DNA of 64,000 nucleotides from Planctomycetota bacterium (GCA_044222185.1 JBGANV010000003.1:832727-896726); one strand, 5' to 3'. Shown: positions 31,046 through 42,623, numbered from the stretch's first letter. The notes: a model not told the origin generated them from the sequence alone. Translations and numbers: made by a program.

Positions 31046-31302
31046 GCCAACCGCCGGGAGACGGCGAAGATCCGCCGGAACACGGCCTCCCTCTCCGCCG
31101 AGCTCAGCTCGCGGCTCCCGCCTGAGCACACGGCCGCGAGCATGGCGGATTCGCGCTTGCGGTCGACAGCGGGCTCGCCGTGCCGGGCCTTCCAGCGTGC
31201 GATCCGCCGGACGAGCCGCGCCCGCTCGTCGAGCAGGCGCACGAGGCTCTCGTTCACCGCGTCGATTTCGGCTCGCAGGTCTCGAAGCGTGGTTCGGTGC
31301 AT
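30919..31302 (-). CDS. Monofunctional chorismate mutase (AroQ type II)
   Basis: LRAEIDAVNESLVRLLDERARLVRRIARWK...DRKRE...FAVSRRLAQ; hidden at the end of the 30919..34221 antisense ORF. Confidence 0.8.
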   Translation of the reverse strand: MHRTTLRDLRAEIDAVNESLVRLLDERARLVRRIARWKARHGEPAVDRKRESAMLAAVCSGGSRELSSAEREAVFRRIFAVSRRLAQAEWSSARRAIVAAPTTPARSPSPGSTRKRSKPGPSSGRST

Positions 31303-31407
31303 GACGATCTCCGGCCCAACCATCCAACGCGCCGCCAGCGCCCCCGGCGGCCGCAGGGACCGGTGATACCCGACCGGCCATGCGGTATCAGTGCGCTTCG
31401 TGTTCCG

Positions 31408-34071
31408 ATGACCCAGACGCCACCGACACCCACGCCACGACGCCCGGAAGTCCTCGCACCTGCCGGAAGCCCGGACGCGCTGAAGGCCGCGCTCGCGTGC
31501 GGCGCGGATGCGGTCTACTTCGGGCTCGACGAAGGGTTCAACGCCCGGGCGCGCGCGACGAACTTCTCGCTCTCGAACCTGGCCTCCATCGTCCGATCGA
31601 TCCATCGGGCGGGCGCCCGCGCCTACCTCACGATGAACACGCTCGTCTTCGAGCCCGAGCTCGATCACGTGGAGACGATCCTGCGCCGCGTCACGGAGAG
31701 CGGCGTCGACGCCATCATCGTCCAAGACCCGGCCGTGGCGCTGATCGCACGCGAGATCTGCCCCGAGCTCGAGATCCACGCGAGCACGCAGATGACGATC
31801 GCCGATGCGGACGCCGCCACGTTTGCCCGCGGCCTCGGCGCCACGCGAGTCGTCGTGCCACGCGAGCTCTCCGTCGCCGAGATCGCCCGATTCGCAGCCG
31901 GGGCGCAGATCGAACTCGAGGTCTTCGTCCACGGAGCGCTCTGCGTTTCGTGGAGCGGCCAATGCCTCACGAGCGAGGCCTGGGGCGGTCGCTCGGCGAA
32001 CCGGGGGGAATGCGCGCAGTCCTGCCGCATGCCCTACTCGCTCGACCTCGACGGCGACGTTCGCGAACTGGGCGACGTCAAGTACATCCTGAGTCCCAAG
32101 GATCTGGCGGGCACGCGTGCGGTTCCGGAGCTGGTCCGCCTGGGCGTCCACGGGCTGAAGATCGAAGGCCGGCAGAAGGGCCCGCACTACGTGGCCACGG
32201 CCGTTCGCGGCTATCGGCGCTGGGTCGACGCCGTCGCCCGCGGCGAAGGTGATTCGACGGCGGCGCAGGCCGCGCTCGCATCCGATCTGCGCGACATGAC
32301 GCTCGCGTACTCGCGGGGATTCGGCGACGGATTCCTGGGCGGGTCCGATCATCAAACTCTCGTCGAGGGTAGGTTCCCCAAGCACCGCGGGATCTACCTG
32401 GGACGCGTGCGACGTCTCATCGGATCCATGGTGCACGTGGGACGCGACGCCGAGGGCCGACCGTGGACGGGCGCCCTCGCGGCGGACGAAGCGCGCTCGA
32501 ATCCACGAGGCGTGCCCGCGTCGGCACTCTCCGGATGTGGCGGTTCGAGCGTTGCGTCGAGCGGGCCAGCCGCGGCGGAGGCGAAGCCCGTCCCCGGCAT
32601 GGGCGTCGTGTTCGACGACGACCATCCGGAAGACAAGCACGAACCCGGCGGCCCGATCTTCGGCGTCGAGACCGTCCCCGACGGATGGCTGCTTCGCTTC
32701 GGCGACCCTGGCCCCGATCTCGCGCGCGTACGACCGGGGCAGCGTGTCTGGTTGACGAGCGACCCCGCCGTCACGCGCTCCGTGAATACCGTCCTCGGCT
32801 CCGAATCGCTGCCTGGCCGGATCCCCGTGGTCCTCACCGTCTTTGGTGCTGCCGGCGAGCCGCTGCGAGTCGCAGCCCGCTCCCGCGGCCAGGTGGTGGA
32901 ACACGCGAGCAACTCGCGGCTCGCGGTCGCCCGCTCCGGCGGCCTCGACCAGACGATCCTCGAGGACAAGCTCGGATCGTTCGGCGGGACGCCGTTCGCA
33001 CTCGAAGCCCTCGACGCCTCGGCGCTCGGTCCGGGTCTCCACCTGCCGGTCTCCGAACTGAAGGTCCTGCGTCGCACGATCGCGGCCGAGCTCGAGGAAC
33101 TCGTTCTCGCTCCCCGTCCGCACGCGTGCAGCGCAGCCGGCGCCGTGAGCCGCGTCCGTGAAGCCGGGCAAGCGCGCGCCCGACGCACGGTCGAACACGA
33201 ACCGGTCGCCGCGGCGCCCGAGCTCCTCGTGCTGTGCCGCACCGATGAGCAGCTCGGCGCGGTGATCGAAGCGGGGCTTCCCCAGGTCGAGCTCGACTGG
33301 ATGGAGATGGTCGGACTGGCGCGCGCCGTCGGCCGCGCGAAGGAGGCGGGACTCCAGGTGACCATCGCCACGCTTCGCGTCGTGAAGCCCGGCGAGGAAG
33401 CCTTCGATCGCCGGCTCGCGGACCTCGCACCCCATGCGCTGCTCGTCCGCCATCTCGGCGGCCTGGTGAGGTTCGCCCGCATGCGCGCCGAGGGCGCCGC
33501 CTTCGCGCTGCACGGCGACTTCTCGCTGAACGTGACCAACGGAATCACGGCGGACCACCTGCTCGGACTCGGGCTCGACTCGCTCACGGCATCGCACGAC
33601 CTGGACCGCGCGCAGCTCGATGCGCTCCTCCTGAGGACCACGCCCGAGCGGATGACGGTCGTCGTCCATCACCGGATCGCGACGTTCCACACGGAGCACT
33701 GCGTGTACGCCCACCTCCTCAGTGAAGGGCGGGACCACCAGACGTGCGGACGGCCGTGTGAAGTTCACCGCATCGGCCTGCGCGACCACCTGCAACGCGT
33801 GCACCCGGTGATCGTCGACGCCGGTTGCCGCAACACGGTTTTCAACTCGGAAGTGCAGAGCGCGGCGAGCCTCGTGCCCGGCCTCATCCGGCGCGGCGTG
33901 CGCCGTTTCAGGATCGAGCTCGTCCGGGAGTCCAAAGCCGAGACCCTCGGCATCATTTCCGCATGGCAGGCGTTTCTCGGGGGGCGATGTGAAGTCGAGG
34001 AGCTCCTCACGCGCTCGGGCGCGGTCGATCGGGTCGGCGTCGCGCACGGGTCGATGACCCTCATCGTTTGA
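31408..34071 (+). CDS. Peptidase U32 family Fe-S protein with DUF3656 (RlhA/TrhP-like RNA hydroxylase)
   Basis: PEVLAPAG, GADAVYFG, HASTQ, FVHGALCVSWSGQC, NRGECAQSCR, LKIEGRQK; second degenerate U32 domain with HCV...CGRPC. Confidence 0.92.
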   Translation: MTQTPPTPTPRRPEVLAPAGSPDALKAALACGADAVYFGLDEGFNARARATNFSLSNLASIVRSIHRAGARAYLTMNTLVFEPELDHVETILRRVTESGVDAIIVQDPAVALIAREICPELEIHASTQMTIADADAATFARGLGATRVVVPRELSVAEIARFAAGAQIELEVFVHGALCVSWSGQCLTSEAWGGRSANRGECAQSCRMPYSLDLDGDVRELGDVKYILSPKDLAGTRAVPELVRLGVHGLKIEGRQKGPHYVATAVRGYRRWVDAVARGEGDSTAAQAALASDLRDMTLAYSRGFGDGFLGGSDHQTLVEGRFPKHRGIYLGRVRRLIGSMVHVGRDAEGRPWTGALAADEARSNPRGVPASALSGCGGSSVASSGPAAAEAKPVPGMGVVFDDDHPEDKHEPGGPIFGVETVPDGWLLRFGDPGPDLARVRPGQRVWLTSDPAVTRSVNTVLGSESLPGRIPVVLTVFGAAGEPLRVAARSRGQVVEHASNSRLAVARSGGLDQTILEDKLGSFGGTPFALEALDASALGPGLHLPVSELKVLRRTIAAELEELVLAPRPHACSAAGAVSRVREAGQARARRTVEHEPVAAAPELLVLCRTDEQLGAVIEAGLPQVELDWMEMVGLARAVGRAKEAGLQVTIATLRVVKPGEEAFDRRLADLAPHALLVRHLGGLVRFARMRAEGAAFALHGDFSLNVTNGITADHLLGLGLDSLTASHDLDRAQLDALLLRTTPERMTVVVHHRIATFHTEHCVYAHLLSEGRDHQTCGRPCEVHRIGLRDHLQRVHPVIVDAGCRNTVFNSEVQSAASLVPGLIRRGVRRFRIELVRESKAETLGIISAWQAFLGGRCEVEELLTRSGAVDRVGVAHGSMTLIV

Positions 34072-34177
34072 GGCGGCGCCAGCGGCAACGTGATCGACGC
34101 TTGACAGCTCGGACGGCGGCGCCCCATAGTGTGACCTCCCCCAATCGAGCACCAACACCGACCGGGAGTCCCACCTC

Positions 34178-35278
34178 ATGACCGTGAAGCTGCACCTCCT
34201 CGCCGCCCTTCTTCTCTCCACGTCATGGCTTCACGGCCAGTCGTGCGGAACAGGCCAGACACTCCTGAAGAACGACATCCTCGCAGCCAATCCCACGGGG
34301 TCGAATCAGATCAGCGTCATCCAGGGTCTGTGTGAGGGCGAGGCCGCCGGTGCCGCGTTCAACTTCGCGTCCGTCGGTTCCGCCGTGCGCGTGAAGCTCG
34401 CGAGCGTGGGCTACGTCAACGTCGCAAGCGCGTCCGGCATCCAGGCCGCCGTCGACCTGGAGTTCTTCGATGGGGTCACCTTCAGCGGCGCGAACGTGAC
34501 GCTCGGACCGAGCCTCTTCCGCTGGTCGACGGTCACGAACTCGAGCATCGGGCTGGTCAGCAGCGGCCTGAACGTGACGCCCGATCTGACGCAGTACAAC
34601 ATCGTCGCGACGTCAGGGAAGCTCGTCTGCGCCTGGTACATGGACTTCAACCCGCAAGGCGGCACCTGCCCCACCGGTTACCAGACGAATTTCGCCACGG
34701 ACAATTCGACGAGCTTCGGCTTCACCTGCAACCCGCAGGTCACCCCACCCCAGAAGAACCTGATCTTCATCACCGGACAGGGATGGCGAGACGCGGCGCT
34801 CGCCACGGTGGGCGGGTTCCAGCTCTGCCCCATCTATTACGCGGGCAACTGGCTCATGCGCGTGTGCGTCGAACCGGTCGTCACGGCGCCGCCGTTCACG
34901 CTTTCCGTCTTCGGCCCACCCAATCCTCCGCCGGGTGCGTTCCTCTCGGTCCAGTTCAGCTCGCCGAGCGACGCGGGCGTCGGATACGTGGGCGCGGTCG
35001 CCTGTGCGAACAGCCCGGGAATCCCCTACGGCACGGGGATCATCCCGCTGGCATTCGATGCGTGCCTCCAGTTCCTGCTCCCCGACATCCTCGAGCAGGC
35101 CGGCGCGCCCACGAACTTCGTGACGGGCTTCACGGGCAACCTCGGTGCCGGTGGGACGGCCTTCGGGACGCTTCAAATCGCGCCGCAGGTGCCCGCAGGG
35201 CTCGGGTTCCAGATCTTCCTCGCCGCGATCACGGGGTCGGGGAAGATCTCGAACGGCGTGACGATCACCGTTCCTTGA
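34178..35278 (+). CDS. Secreted Cys-containing hypothetical protein with shared C-terminal domain
   Basis: Signal peptide [21 protein letters not shown]; GGGAG SD; ends [11 protein letters not shown]. Confidence 0.82.
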   Translation: MTVKLHLLAALLLSTSWLHGQSCGTGQTLLKNDILAANPTGSNQISVIQGLCEGEAAGAAFNFASVGSAVRVKLASVGYVNVASASGIQAAVDLEFFDGVTFSGANVTLGPSLFRWSTVTNSSIGLVSSGLNVTPDLTQYNIVATSGKLVCAWYMDFNPQGGTCPTGYQTNFATDNSTSFGFTCNPQVTPPQKNLIFITGQGWRDAALATVGGFQLCPIYYAGNWLMRVCVEPVVTAPPFTLSVFGPPNPPPGAFLSVQFSSPSDAGVGYVGAVACANSPGIPYGTGIIPLAFDACLQFLLPDILEQAGAPTNFVTGFTGNLGAGGTAFGTLQIAPQVPAGLGFQIFLAAITGSGKISNGVTITVP

Positions 35279-36998
35279 CGACGGCGTCCGGCTCGCACGC
35301 GGCCCGGATCCGGCTGACGAGGTCCTCGGCCTTGAACGGCTTCGCGAGGTAGTCGTCCATGCCGGCCGCGAGACACGTGTCGCGGTCGGTCTCCTGAGCG
35401 TTCGCCGTCACCGCGACGATGGGCGTGTGACGGCGCCCGAGTTGCTCGCGCTGGCGGATGGTGCGCGTCGCCTCGTAGCCATCCATGACGGGCATCTGGC
35501 AGTCCATGAGGACCACGTCGAGGTTCTCGCTGGACCATTTCTCCACGCCGAGTGCGCCGTTTTCGGCCTGAACGACCTCACAGCCGAGGTTCTGCAGCAG
35601 CTTCGTCGCGACGAGACGATTCACCGGGTTGTCGTCGATGACGAGCACGCGCAGCGGGCGACCGTCCACGACGAGCGGATCCCGTGCACTACGCGCTGCG
35701 GCGATCGTCGCGGACTCCCCCGTCGCGTCCAGTGCCTGCGGCAGGCCGACGGGGAGGCTCAGCGTGAACGTGCTTCCCTCGCCGACCGTGCTCTCGACGG
35801 TCAGCGTTCCGCCCATGAGGTCAGCGAGGCGCCGGCTGATCGCGAGGCCAAGCCCCGTTCCACCGTGGCGGCGGGACGGCGAGCCGTCGACCTGGGTGAA
35901 GGCTTCGAAGATCGACTCGTGGCGATCGAGTGGGATCCCGCAGCCCGTGTCCTGGACCGTGCACACGAGCTGGGCGTGCCCCCCGGCACTTCGGACCTCG
36001 GCCCGCACCTTGACCGAGCCGCGAGCCGTGAACTTCATGGCGTTCGAAACGAGCTGCACCATGATCTTGCTCAGGTGGATCTCGTCGACCGTCACGCGCG
36101 TCGGACAGTTCGCCGCGACCTCGTAGGTGACCTCGACGCCCGGCTTGCGCATCGCCGGTTGAACGGCAGCAACCGCGTTGCGGATTGCCCTGGGCAGGTC
36201 GAGGATCGACTCCCGGATCGCCACGCGCCCGTCCTGGATCTGCGAGTAGTCGAGGATGTCGTCGACGATGAGTCGAAGCGAATCGGCGCAACCGGAGAGT
36301 TGTTCGATGAGCTCTCGCTGGCCCTCGGTCACGCTCCCGCGACTCAATGCGTCGGCGAGCCCGACGATCCCGTTCAGCGGCGTGCGGAGCTCGTGCGACA
36401 TGTTGTTGACGAACTGGGACTTCGCCTTCGTGGCGGCGTGAGCCTTCTCGTTCGCGAGCGCCAGAGCCTGTGCGCGGCTGTAGTTCTCGGCAGCGACGTA
36501 ACGCAGCCGCCCGGTCTGCCGCTCGAGCTCGCGCGTCCGGTCCGCCACCGCGGATTCGAGGCGCTGGGCGTACTCCCGGATCTGACCATCGCGCGCCGCG
36601 ATCGCGCTCGCCATCTGACACATCCGTCGCGTCAGCACGGAGACCTCGTCGTCGCCGGTGACGACCGAGCAGGCGGCAGCTTCTCTGCCCTGGCTCAGCT
36701 GGTCTGCGATGTCGACGAGCGACTGAAGGCGCTCCGCAGCGTCCTTCGCGCGGCGGCCGAGCGCGACGGCCGCGACGACCACCGCGGCGGAGACGAGCGC
36801 CAGCGCGCCCGCGCCGACCCAGCACCGGCCGCCTCCGGCGTGCGCGCCCTCGACCGTGAGGACGAGAGCGAGAAGCAGCGGCAGTCCGGCGAGCCACGCC
36901 ATGGTCCGCACGATTCGCCGCTCGGTGACACCGCGGCGTCGACTCTCGACGACATGCGGCGCGTCCGGCTCTGTTCCAGATTGTGGATCGGTCATCAT
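35265..36998 (-). CDS. Hybrid sensor histidine kinase (2 TM, HAMP, HisKA, HATPase, REC)
   Basis: H-box [29 protein letters not shown]; REC DDNPVN, MDCQMP, KPF. Confidence 0.94.
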   Translation of the reverse strand: MMTDPQSGTEPDAPHVVESRRRGVTERRIVRTMAWLAGLPLLLALVLTVEGAHAGGGRCWVGAGALALVSAAVVVAAVALGRRAKDAAERLQSLVDIADQLSQGREAAACSVVTGDDEVSVLTRRMCQMASAIAARDGQIREYAQRLESAVADRTRELERQTGRLRYVAAENYSRAQALALANEKAHAATKAKSQFVNNMSHELRTPLNGIVGLADALSRGSVTEGQRELIEQLSGCADSLRLIVDDILDYSQIQDGRVAIRESILDLPRAIRNAVAAVQPAMRKPGVEVTYEVAANCPTRVTVDEIHLSKIMVQLVSNAMKFTARGSVKVRAEVRSAGGHAQLVCTVQDTGCGIPLDRHESIFEAFTQVDGSPSRRHGGTGLGLAISRRLADLMGGTLTVESTVGEGSTFTLSLPVGLPQALDATGESATIAAARSARDPLVVDGRPLRVLVIDDNPVNRLVATKLLQNLGCEVVQAENGALGVEKWSSENLDVVLMDCQMPVMDGYEATRTIRQREQLGRRHTPIVAVTANAQETDRDTCLAAGMDDYLAKPFKAEDLVSRIRAACEPDAVVKER

Positions 36999-37257
36999 CG
37001 CCTCCGCGGCGTGCGAACGGTCGCGCACACCAACAGCCTCCCCGTGGTATTTCGGCCGGAAACCGTGGCGCGCGTAAGCGCTTCCGCAAAAACTGAAATC
37101 CCGTCGGGCGCAGCAGGAACGCGCGACACCGAACCGGGGCCGGGCTGCGACATGCAACGTCGGCGCGTTCACGGCCGGTACGCGCAAAGCCGACTATGAT
37201 CCGGCGTCGGACGTGGCGGGTGGTGCGGATCGGCAATGCAGGCGAGGCAGGATCGGC

Positions 37258-38190
37258 ATGACGCGGCAAACGGTGGTGGCAGCGTGTTTTCTCGCCGGAT
37301 CGCTCCTCGCCCAGTCCGCGGTCCTGGTCAACGAGATCCAGACGGGAACGACCGACTGGGTCGAGATCGTGAACCTGGGACCGAACGCCGTGAACCTCTC
37401 GGGGTACAGACTGTGGGTTTCTGCCACGTCGGGCGCACCTTTGGCGTTCGTCCTTCCCCAAGGCGCGGTGTTGACCCCCGGCACGGCCCTCGTCGTCACC
37501 GATGACTTCACCGGGTTGCAGCCGGCCGTCGGGCCCGGGGTCCAGAAATTCTTCGCCGGGGGGAACATCCCCTGGAACACGACCGGCCTCGGGTCGACCG
37601 AGGGCGGCGCCTGCGCGCTCACGACACCCACGAACGCTGGGCTGGATCGCGTCCGGTGGAACACGCCGGCCGACCCCCTGGCATTCGCATCGCCGTTTGC
37701 GGGAACCGTTGCGCCGACGGCCTCGGGGCTCGCGCGACTCTCGAACACCGACTCCGACTCTGCGGTCGACTGGGTGTCGCTCCAGATCGGCACCGCAACC
37801 GCGGGAGCTTTGAACCCGGGACAGTCCGCCCCGCCGGCGACGGTCTCCGTGATCTACGTCTCACCAGGTCCGACGGCTTTCCACGCGTCGATCACCACGG
37901 CGCAGCCTCCCATGCCGAACGCCGAGTTCATCCAACTCGTCTCGTTCCAGGATGCGATCCCGGATGGCTCGGGCCCGCTCTTCGGGTTGCTGCCCGACGC
38001 ACTCGCGACGGCATTCACACCGCTCGTCGCCGGCAACCCCTACCACGACAGGCTCGATGCGGCTGGAACGTGGGCGTTCGACGTCGCGCCTGGATTCCTC
38101 GCTCAGGGCCTGCATTTCGAGGGCGTCGTACTCGTGCTCGGCGCCGGCGGGATCGCACGCGTGTCCGCCGTCGCGTCCATCACGCTCTGA
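37258..38190 (+). CDS. Secreted lamin-tail-domain (LTD) protein with shared C-terminal domain
   Basis: Signal peptide; VLVNEI...DWVEIVN...VNLSGYRL LTD signature. Confidence 0.82.
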   Translation: MTRQTVVAACFLAGSLLAQSAVLVNEIQTGTTDWVEIVNLGPNAVNLSGYRLWVSATSGAPLAFVLPQGAVLTPGTALVVTDDFTGLQPAVGPGVQKFFAGGNIPWNTTGLGSTEGGACALTTPTNAGLDRVRWNTPADPLAFASPFAGTVAPTASGLARLSNTDSDSAVDWVSLQIGTATAGALNPGQSAPPATVSVIYVSPGPTAFHASITTAQPPMPNAEFIQLVSFQDAIPDGSGPLFGLLPDALATAFTPLVAGNPYHDRLDAAGTWAFDVAPGFLAQGLHFEGVVLVLGAGGIARVSAVASITL

Positions 38191-38237
38191 CGCCGCGCGT
38201 CGCGCCGTCCGCGCCAACGTGCGACCTCGGATAGGCT

Positions 38238-41200
38238 GTGGACTCGATCCATCCCCCGATGAGCGCCGACCCCACCAATCCCGACGACTCCGCCATCTGC
38301 GACTTCCTCGATCAATTCCTCGAGGACGAGGGTGCACAGCGCATCCGTCCGTTGTCGGAATACCTGCGCCGCTTCCCGGGACACGAAGAGGCGATCGCGC
38401 GCGAGTTCATCGACCTCGTCACGGAACGGCGCCAGTCCGGCGGCGGCCGACCGGGGGACGCACTGCGCACCACGGCGAACCGCCCGCCTCTGGATGACTA
38501 CGTCCTGATCCGCGAGCTCGGCCGTGGCGGCCAGGGAAGCGTGTATCTGGCGGAGGACCCGCGGCTGAAGCGCAAGGTTGCCCTGAAAGTCCTCGAGGGC
38601 CCCGTGGGGCGGCTGTCGACGGCGCGCCGCGAACGATTCCGGCGCGAGGCCGAAGTGCTCTCGCGGCTCGAACACCCTGGGATCTGCACGATCTACTCGG
38701 CGCAGCTCGATTGCGACCAGCCGTTCATCGCCATGCGATTCGTGCCCGGCCTCACGCTCGATGAGTGGGCGCGCGGACAAGCGTTCGGTGACGACGTGGC
38801 GGTGCGCACCGAGCCGATCCGCTGGGAGTGGCCCCGACTCGCGACCGTCCTGTCGATCTTCGAATCCGTCGCGCGGGCACTTCACGCCGCGCATGCCGCC
38901 GGGGTGATCCATCGCGACATCAAGCCGGCCAACGTGATGGTGACGCCGGAGGGGTCGCCGGTCATCCTCGACTTCGGCCTCGCGCGCCACGACGACAACG
39001 TCACCGTGTCACGCGCGGGCAACGACCTGCTCGGGACGCTCGCGTACATGGCGCCGGAGGTGATCCGCGGAGCCGCGCGCCCGGACGCCGCATGCGACGT
39101 CTATGCCCTCGGCGTCTGTCTCATGGAGGCCGTTTGCGGTTGCCGCCCTTATGCCGGCCCGACGGAGGAGGCGCTCCTCGCGTCGATCTCGACCGGTCCC
39201 GCACGGTCGGTGAAATCGACGGGCGTGCAGGTCTCACGCGACGTCGCCCTGGTGATCGAAACCGCCATCGAGCGCGATCGCCACCGTCGATACGCGACGG
39301 CGGAGGCTTTCGCGGAGGACCTTCGCCGCGTGCGTGCGCAAGAGCCCATCCGCGCCCGCCCCGTCCCTCCCGTGCTGCGCGTCCTGCGGTGGATCCAACG
39401 CCGCCCCGCGGTCGCCGCGGCGTTTGCCGTCGCGTTCCTCGCGACGGCAGTCGGCCTCGTCATCGCTCTCCACCTGCTCGACCGCGTGACCAGCGAGGAG
39501 ACCGCGCGAGTCGCCGAGACGGACCGGCTCCGCGCGCTCGAAGACGCCTACTCGGCTCGGATCGTCGCCGAGGAGCATCCGACGCTCGCGCTCCGAATGG
39601 GGCTCGACGCCGCGCGTCGCTCGAAGGACACGAGCATCACCAACATCCTCTACGACTTGATGGATCGGTGTTTCGAGAAGCGCGTGATCGAGTTCCACGA
39701 TGCCGCGCCGCCGATCCGCCTGCGCCTCGCTGTCTCGGGCGACGGGCGCCAGATCTTCATCGTGCGCGCGACGGGCGAACTGCGCGGCGCCGACACGGAG
39801 ACGGGCGAGCTCCTGCCGTGGGCCAGTGGCATACGCAACGTCACCGAGATCGCCGTCGACGCGCCGCGCTCCCGGCTCCTGCTGGGCCACCTCGACGGAA
39901 GCGTCGAGATCGACAGCCTCACCGACGGGCACTGCGTCACACGGTGGGCGCCCCCGCCGGAAGCGGGACGCCAACCGTCGGCGGTGAGGCACATCGCGAT
40001 TTCCCCCACCGGTGCGACCGTCGCCATCTGTGACCAGGCGGGAACCATCGCGCTTCGCCGCAGTGCCCAGGCGGATGCGGCGCCGACCCTATGCGAGCGG
40101 ACCTGCGTCGCTGGCACGCTCCAGTTCTCCCCGGACGACCGGTGGCTGGCGGTTTTCGCCCGCGACGACGCCGTCGGTTCCGCGGATGCCGCGACCGTCC
40201 TCGTGTTCGACGTCGCGACGGGACGGCAGGTCCGTTCGCAGACCACGCGCTCGGTCGGCCGCAGGACCATGGCGTGGCTGCCGGACGGGCGGCAGGTGGC
40301 GTTCGGAACCGACGACGGCGAGATCTGCTTCCTCGCCGTCGAAGGTGAAACTCACGGCATCCCACTGAGGCACGACAGCCCCGTGCAGTGGCTCGGCGTC
40401 CACCCGGACGGCCGTCAGGTCGTCACCGGGACGCGCGAGGGCGCCGTCGTCTGGGACCTGTCGAAGGGATCGCGCGTCGCCGTCGTCGACGGGTTCCACG
40501 AGCGTTCGGTGATCGCCGGGGCATTCAGTGCGGATGGCCGCGATCTCTGCGTCCTGTCGTGGGATCAGACGGGAGCGATCGTGGACTGCGCCACGTGGAA
40601 GCGGCGACGGACGCTGAAGGGGCATCTCACGCGCCCTCTGGCCGTCGCCTGGCCGGCCGGTCGAAGCGAGGTCGTCACGCTCGAAGAGGGCGGCACCGCG
40701 CACGTGTGGCACGCAGGGTTCCGTCCGCAGCTTCCACAGTTGGAGCGGCCCGGGGCGCGGATCCTCGACATCCAGATCCACCGCAAACGCCCACTGGTGC
40801 TCGTGCGCGCGTCCGACGGCCACGTCGTCGGGTGGGACTTCGTCAAGAACGAGGTGGTCTGGGACTGGGCGGACTCCCGAGGCTTCGTCGCCGCCCGGTT
40901 CGACGCACTCGGTGACCACGTCTTGCTGGCGACGGCCGCGACGCTGGAGGTCCGCGCGACGGGCGACGGGTCGGTCCGCATGTCCACCACGGTGTCGAGT
41001 CCCATCGTCGACGCGGCGTTCGCGCCCACCCGGGATCTCGTCGTCACCACGCACTCGAGTGGTCGCATCGCCCTGTGGGAACCGCAATCGGGTCGCCTCG
41101 TCCATGAGTTCGTCGGACACGACGGCACCGTCGGCTGCATGGCATTCCACCCCTCCGAGCCTCTGCTCGCGACCGGGGGCGACGACGGCCACATCCTCCT

Positions 41201-41840
41201 CGTCGACCTCGCTGCCATGACGATCCGCCGCCTTTGGGAGAGCCCTCGGGGTCGAAGCCGCACGGTGAACGCGAACCTGGACAACGTCTCGGGGCTGTGC
41301 TTCTCCGCTGCCCACGCGAGCATCATCGCTTCCTGTGACGATGGGATGCTGCGCCAGATCGCACTCTCCGGCGACTCCGTCGTCGAGGTACCGCGGGGGC
41401 CGACCCCGGGGGCGCTCGCGATGGCCAGGACGCAGGACCGACTCCTCCTCGGCGACCGATGGGCCGGCGGCGTGAGATTCGTCGACCCATCGGACATACG
41501 ACGCGTGGAAGCGACGATCCTCCTCGACAAGTCGCACATGCTCGCCGCCATCGGGTTCAGCGACGACGACCGCTTCATCTACATCGCGTCGCGGGACTCG
41601 CGTGTGCGAATCCTGGCGGCCGACGGCTCTCGCCAGCACGCCGTCATCGACTCGGGCTCGACGATCACCTCTGCGACCGTGACCCCCGATGCACGGATGA
41701 TCGCCGTCGGCACGGTCGATGGGCTCGTCCGGCTGTTCCCACTCGACCCCGTTTCCGTCGCCGAGCGATACTGCCCCATCGACGAAGCCTCGTGGGGTCG
41801 CATGAAAGACTCCGTGCGGAGAACCGCGCTGACGCGCTGA
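38238..41840 (+). CDS. Hanks-type Ser/Thr protein kinase with TM helix and WD40 repeats
   Basis: GRGGQGSVY, VALK, HRDIKPANV, DFG, GTLAYMAPE; TM AVAAAFAVAFLATAVGLVIAL; GH...WD-like repeats. Confidence 0.94.
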   Translation: MDSIHPPMSADPTNPDDSAICDFLDQFLEDEGAQRIRPLSEYLRRFPGHEEAIAREFIDLVTERRQSGGGRPGDALRTTANRPPLDDYVLIRELGRGGQGSVYLAEDPRLKRKVALKVLEGPVGRLSTARRERFRREAEVLSRLEHPGICTIYSAQLDCDQPFIAMRFVPGLTLDEWARGQAFGDDVAVRTEPIRWEWPRLATVLSIFESVARALHAAHAAGVIHRDIKPANVMVTPEGSPVILDFGLARHDDNVTVSRAGNDLLGTLAYMAPEVIRGAARPDAACDVYALGVCLMEAVCGCRPYAGPTEEALLASISTGPARSVKSTGVQVSRDVALVIETAIERDRHRRYATAEAFAEDLRRVRAQEPIRARPVPPVLRVLRWIQRRPAVAAAFAVAFLATAVGLVIALHLLDRVTSEETARVAETDRLRALEDAYSARIVAEEHPTLALRMGLDAARRSKDTSITNILYDLMDRCFEKRVIEFHDAAPPIRLRLAVSGDGRQIFIVRATGELRGADTETGELLPWASGIRNVTEIAVDAPRSRLLLGHLDGSVEIDSLTDGHCVTRWAPPPEAGRQPSAVRHIAISPTGATVAICDQAGTIALRRSAQADAAPTLCERTCVAGTLQFSPDDRWLAVFARDDAVGSADAATVLVFDVATGRQVRSQTTRSVGRRTMAWLPDGRQVAFGTDDGEICFLAVEGETHGIPLRHDSPVQWLGVHPDGRQVVTGTREGAVVWDLSKGSRVAVVDGFHERSVIAGAFSADGRDLCVLSWDQTGAIVDCATWKRRRTLKGHLTRPLAVAWPAGRSEVVTLEEGGTAHVWHAGFRPQLPQLERPGARILDIQIHRKRPLVLVRASDGHVVGWDFVKNEVVWDWADSRGFVAARFDALGDHVLLATAATLEVRATGDGSVRMSTTVSSPIVDAAFAPTRDLVVTTHSSGRIALWEPQSGRLVHEFVGHDGTVGCMAFHPSEPLLATGGDDGHILLVDLAAMTIRRLWESPRGRSRTVNANLDNVSGLCFSAAHASIIASCDDGMLRQIALSGDSVVEVPRGPTPGALAMARTQDRLLLGDRWAGGVRFVDPSDIRRVEATILLDKSHMLAAIGFSDDDRFIYIASRDSRVRILAADGSRQHAVIDSGSTITSATVTPDARMIAVGTVDGLVRLFPLDPVSVAERYCPIDEASWGRMKDSVRRTALTR

Positions 41841-41850
41841 GGTCGACGCT

Positions 41851-42465
41851 TCACTCCGCGGCGACGCTGATGAGATCGCGAGTGACCTTCCAGTCGCGCA
41901 TGCGATCACGCAGGCGCTGCCACCGCTTGGCGATCGCCGCGGGAGTCCCGTCGAGACGCGTCGCGGCCTCCGCCACGCTCATCTCCTCCAGCCCGCAGTG
42001 GATGATGATCTTGCGATCCAGGTCGTCCAGCTCGGAGACGCGGTCGACGAACCGCGCGACGCCCTCGTCGACGCGCAGCCGACGGGTGATCGCCGAGAGG
42101 TCGTCGGGAACGGCCTCGATGCGGGCGATCCGACTCGAGTGCCCTTCCGGCGTCATCTCCATCGAGTGACGTCGCAGCGAACGCTGCGCCTCGAGCAACA
42201 CGTGTTTCGCGATCGAAAAGAGCCACGTGCGGAACGTCGCCCGCTTGGGATCGAAGGAATTCCGGATCTGCGTTGCGCGCAGCCAGATCTCTTGCGTGAG
42301 ATCCTCCGGACTGATGAGCCGTTTGAACTGCGGCTTGAGCCGCAACCGGGCCCACGCCTCGAGCGCCGGCCCGAGCGTCGCGTACTCCTCCCAGAGCGGC
42401 AGGCTGCCGGTCCGGCGGGAGCCTGGAGCCCCCGCGCCGTCAGAGTTTCCCTGGGCGCCGTTCAC
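41851..42465 (-). CDS. ECF RNA polymerase sigma factor (start uncertain)
   Basis: sigma2 SPEDLTQEIW...FRTWLFSIAKH; sigma4 LDDLDRKII...MSVAEAATRL...AKRWQR. Confidence 0.85.
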   Translation of the reverse strand: MNGAQGNSDGAGAPGSRRTGSLPLWEEYATLGPALEAWARLRLKPQFKRLISPEDLTQEIWLRATQIRNSFDPKRATFRTWLFSIAKHVLLEAQRSLRRHSMEMTPEGHSSRIARIEAVPDDLSAITRRLRVDEGVARFVDRVSELDDLDRKIIIHCGLEEMSVAEAATRLDGTPAAIAKRWQRLRDRMRDWKVTRDLISVAAE

Positions 42466-42623
42466 GGTCGTTCTCGGGGTCCCCGGCAACAGTCCGCTGC
42501 ACGCAGCGCATGGCGCGAAGTGTACACGTTCGATCGCGATGGCGTATCGCGTGGGATCAATCTCAAGGCTTTGGGGCGCGACCGCCGAAATCGTGGACTG
42601 GGTTCCTCCGAAGACTGCAACGC

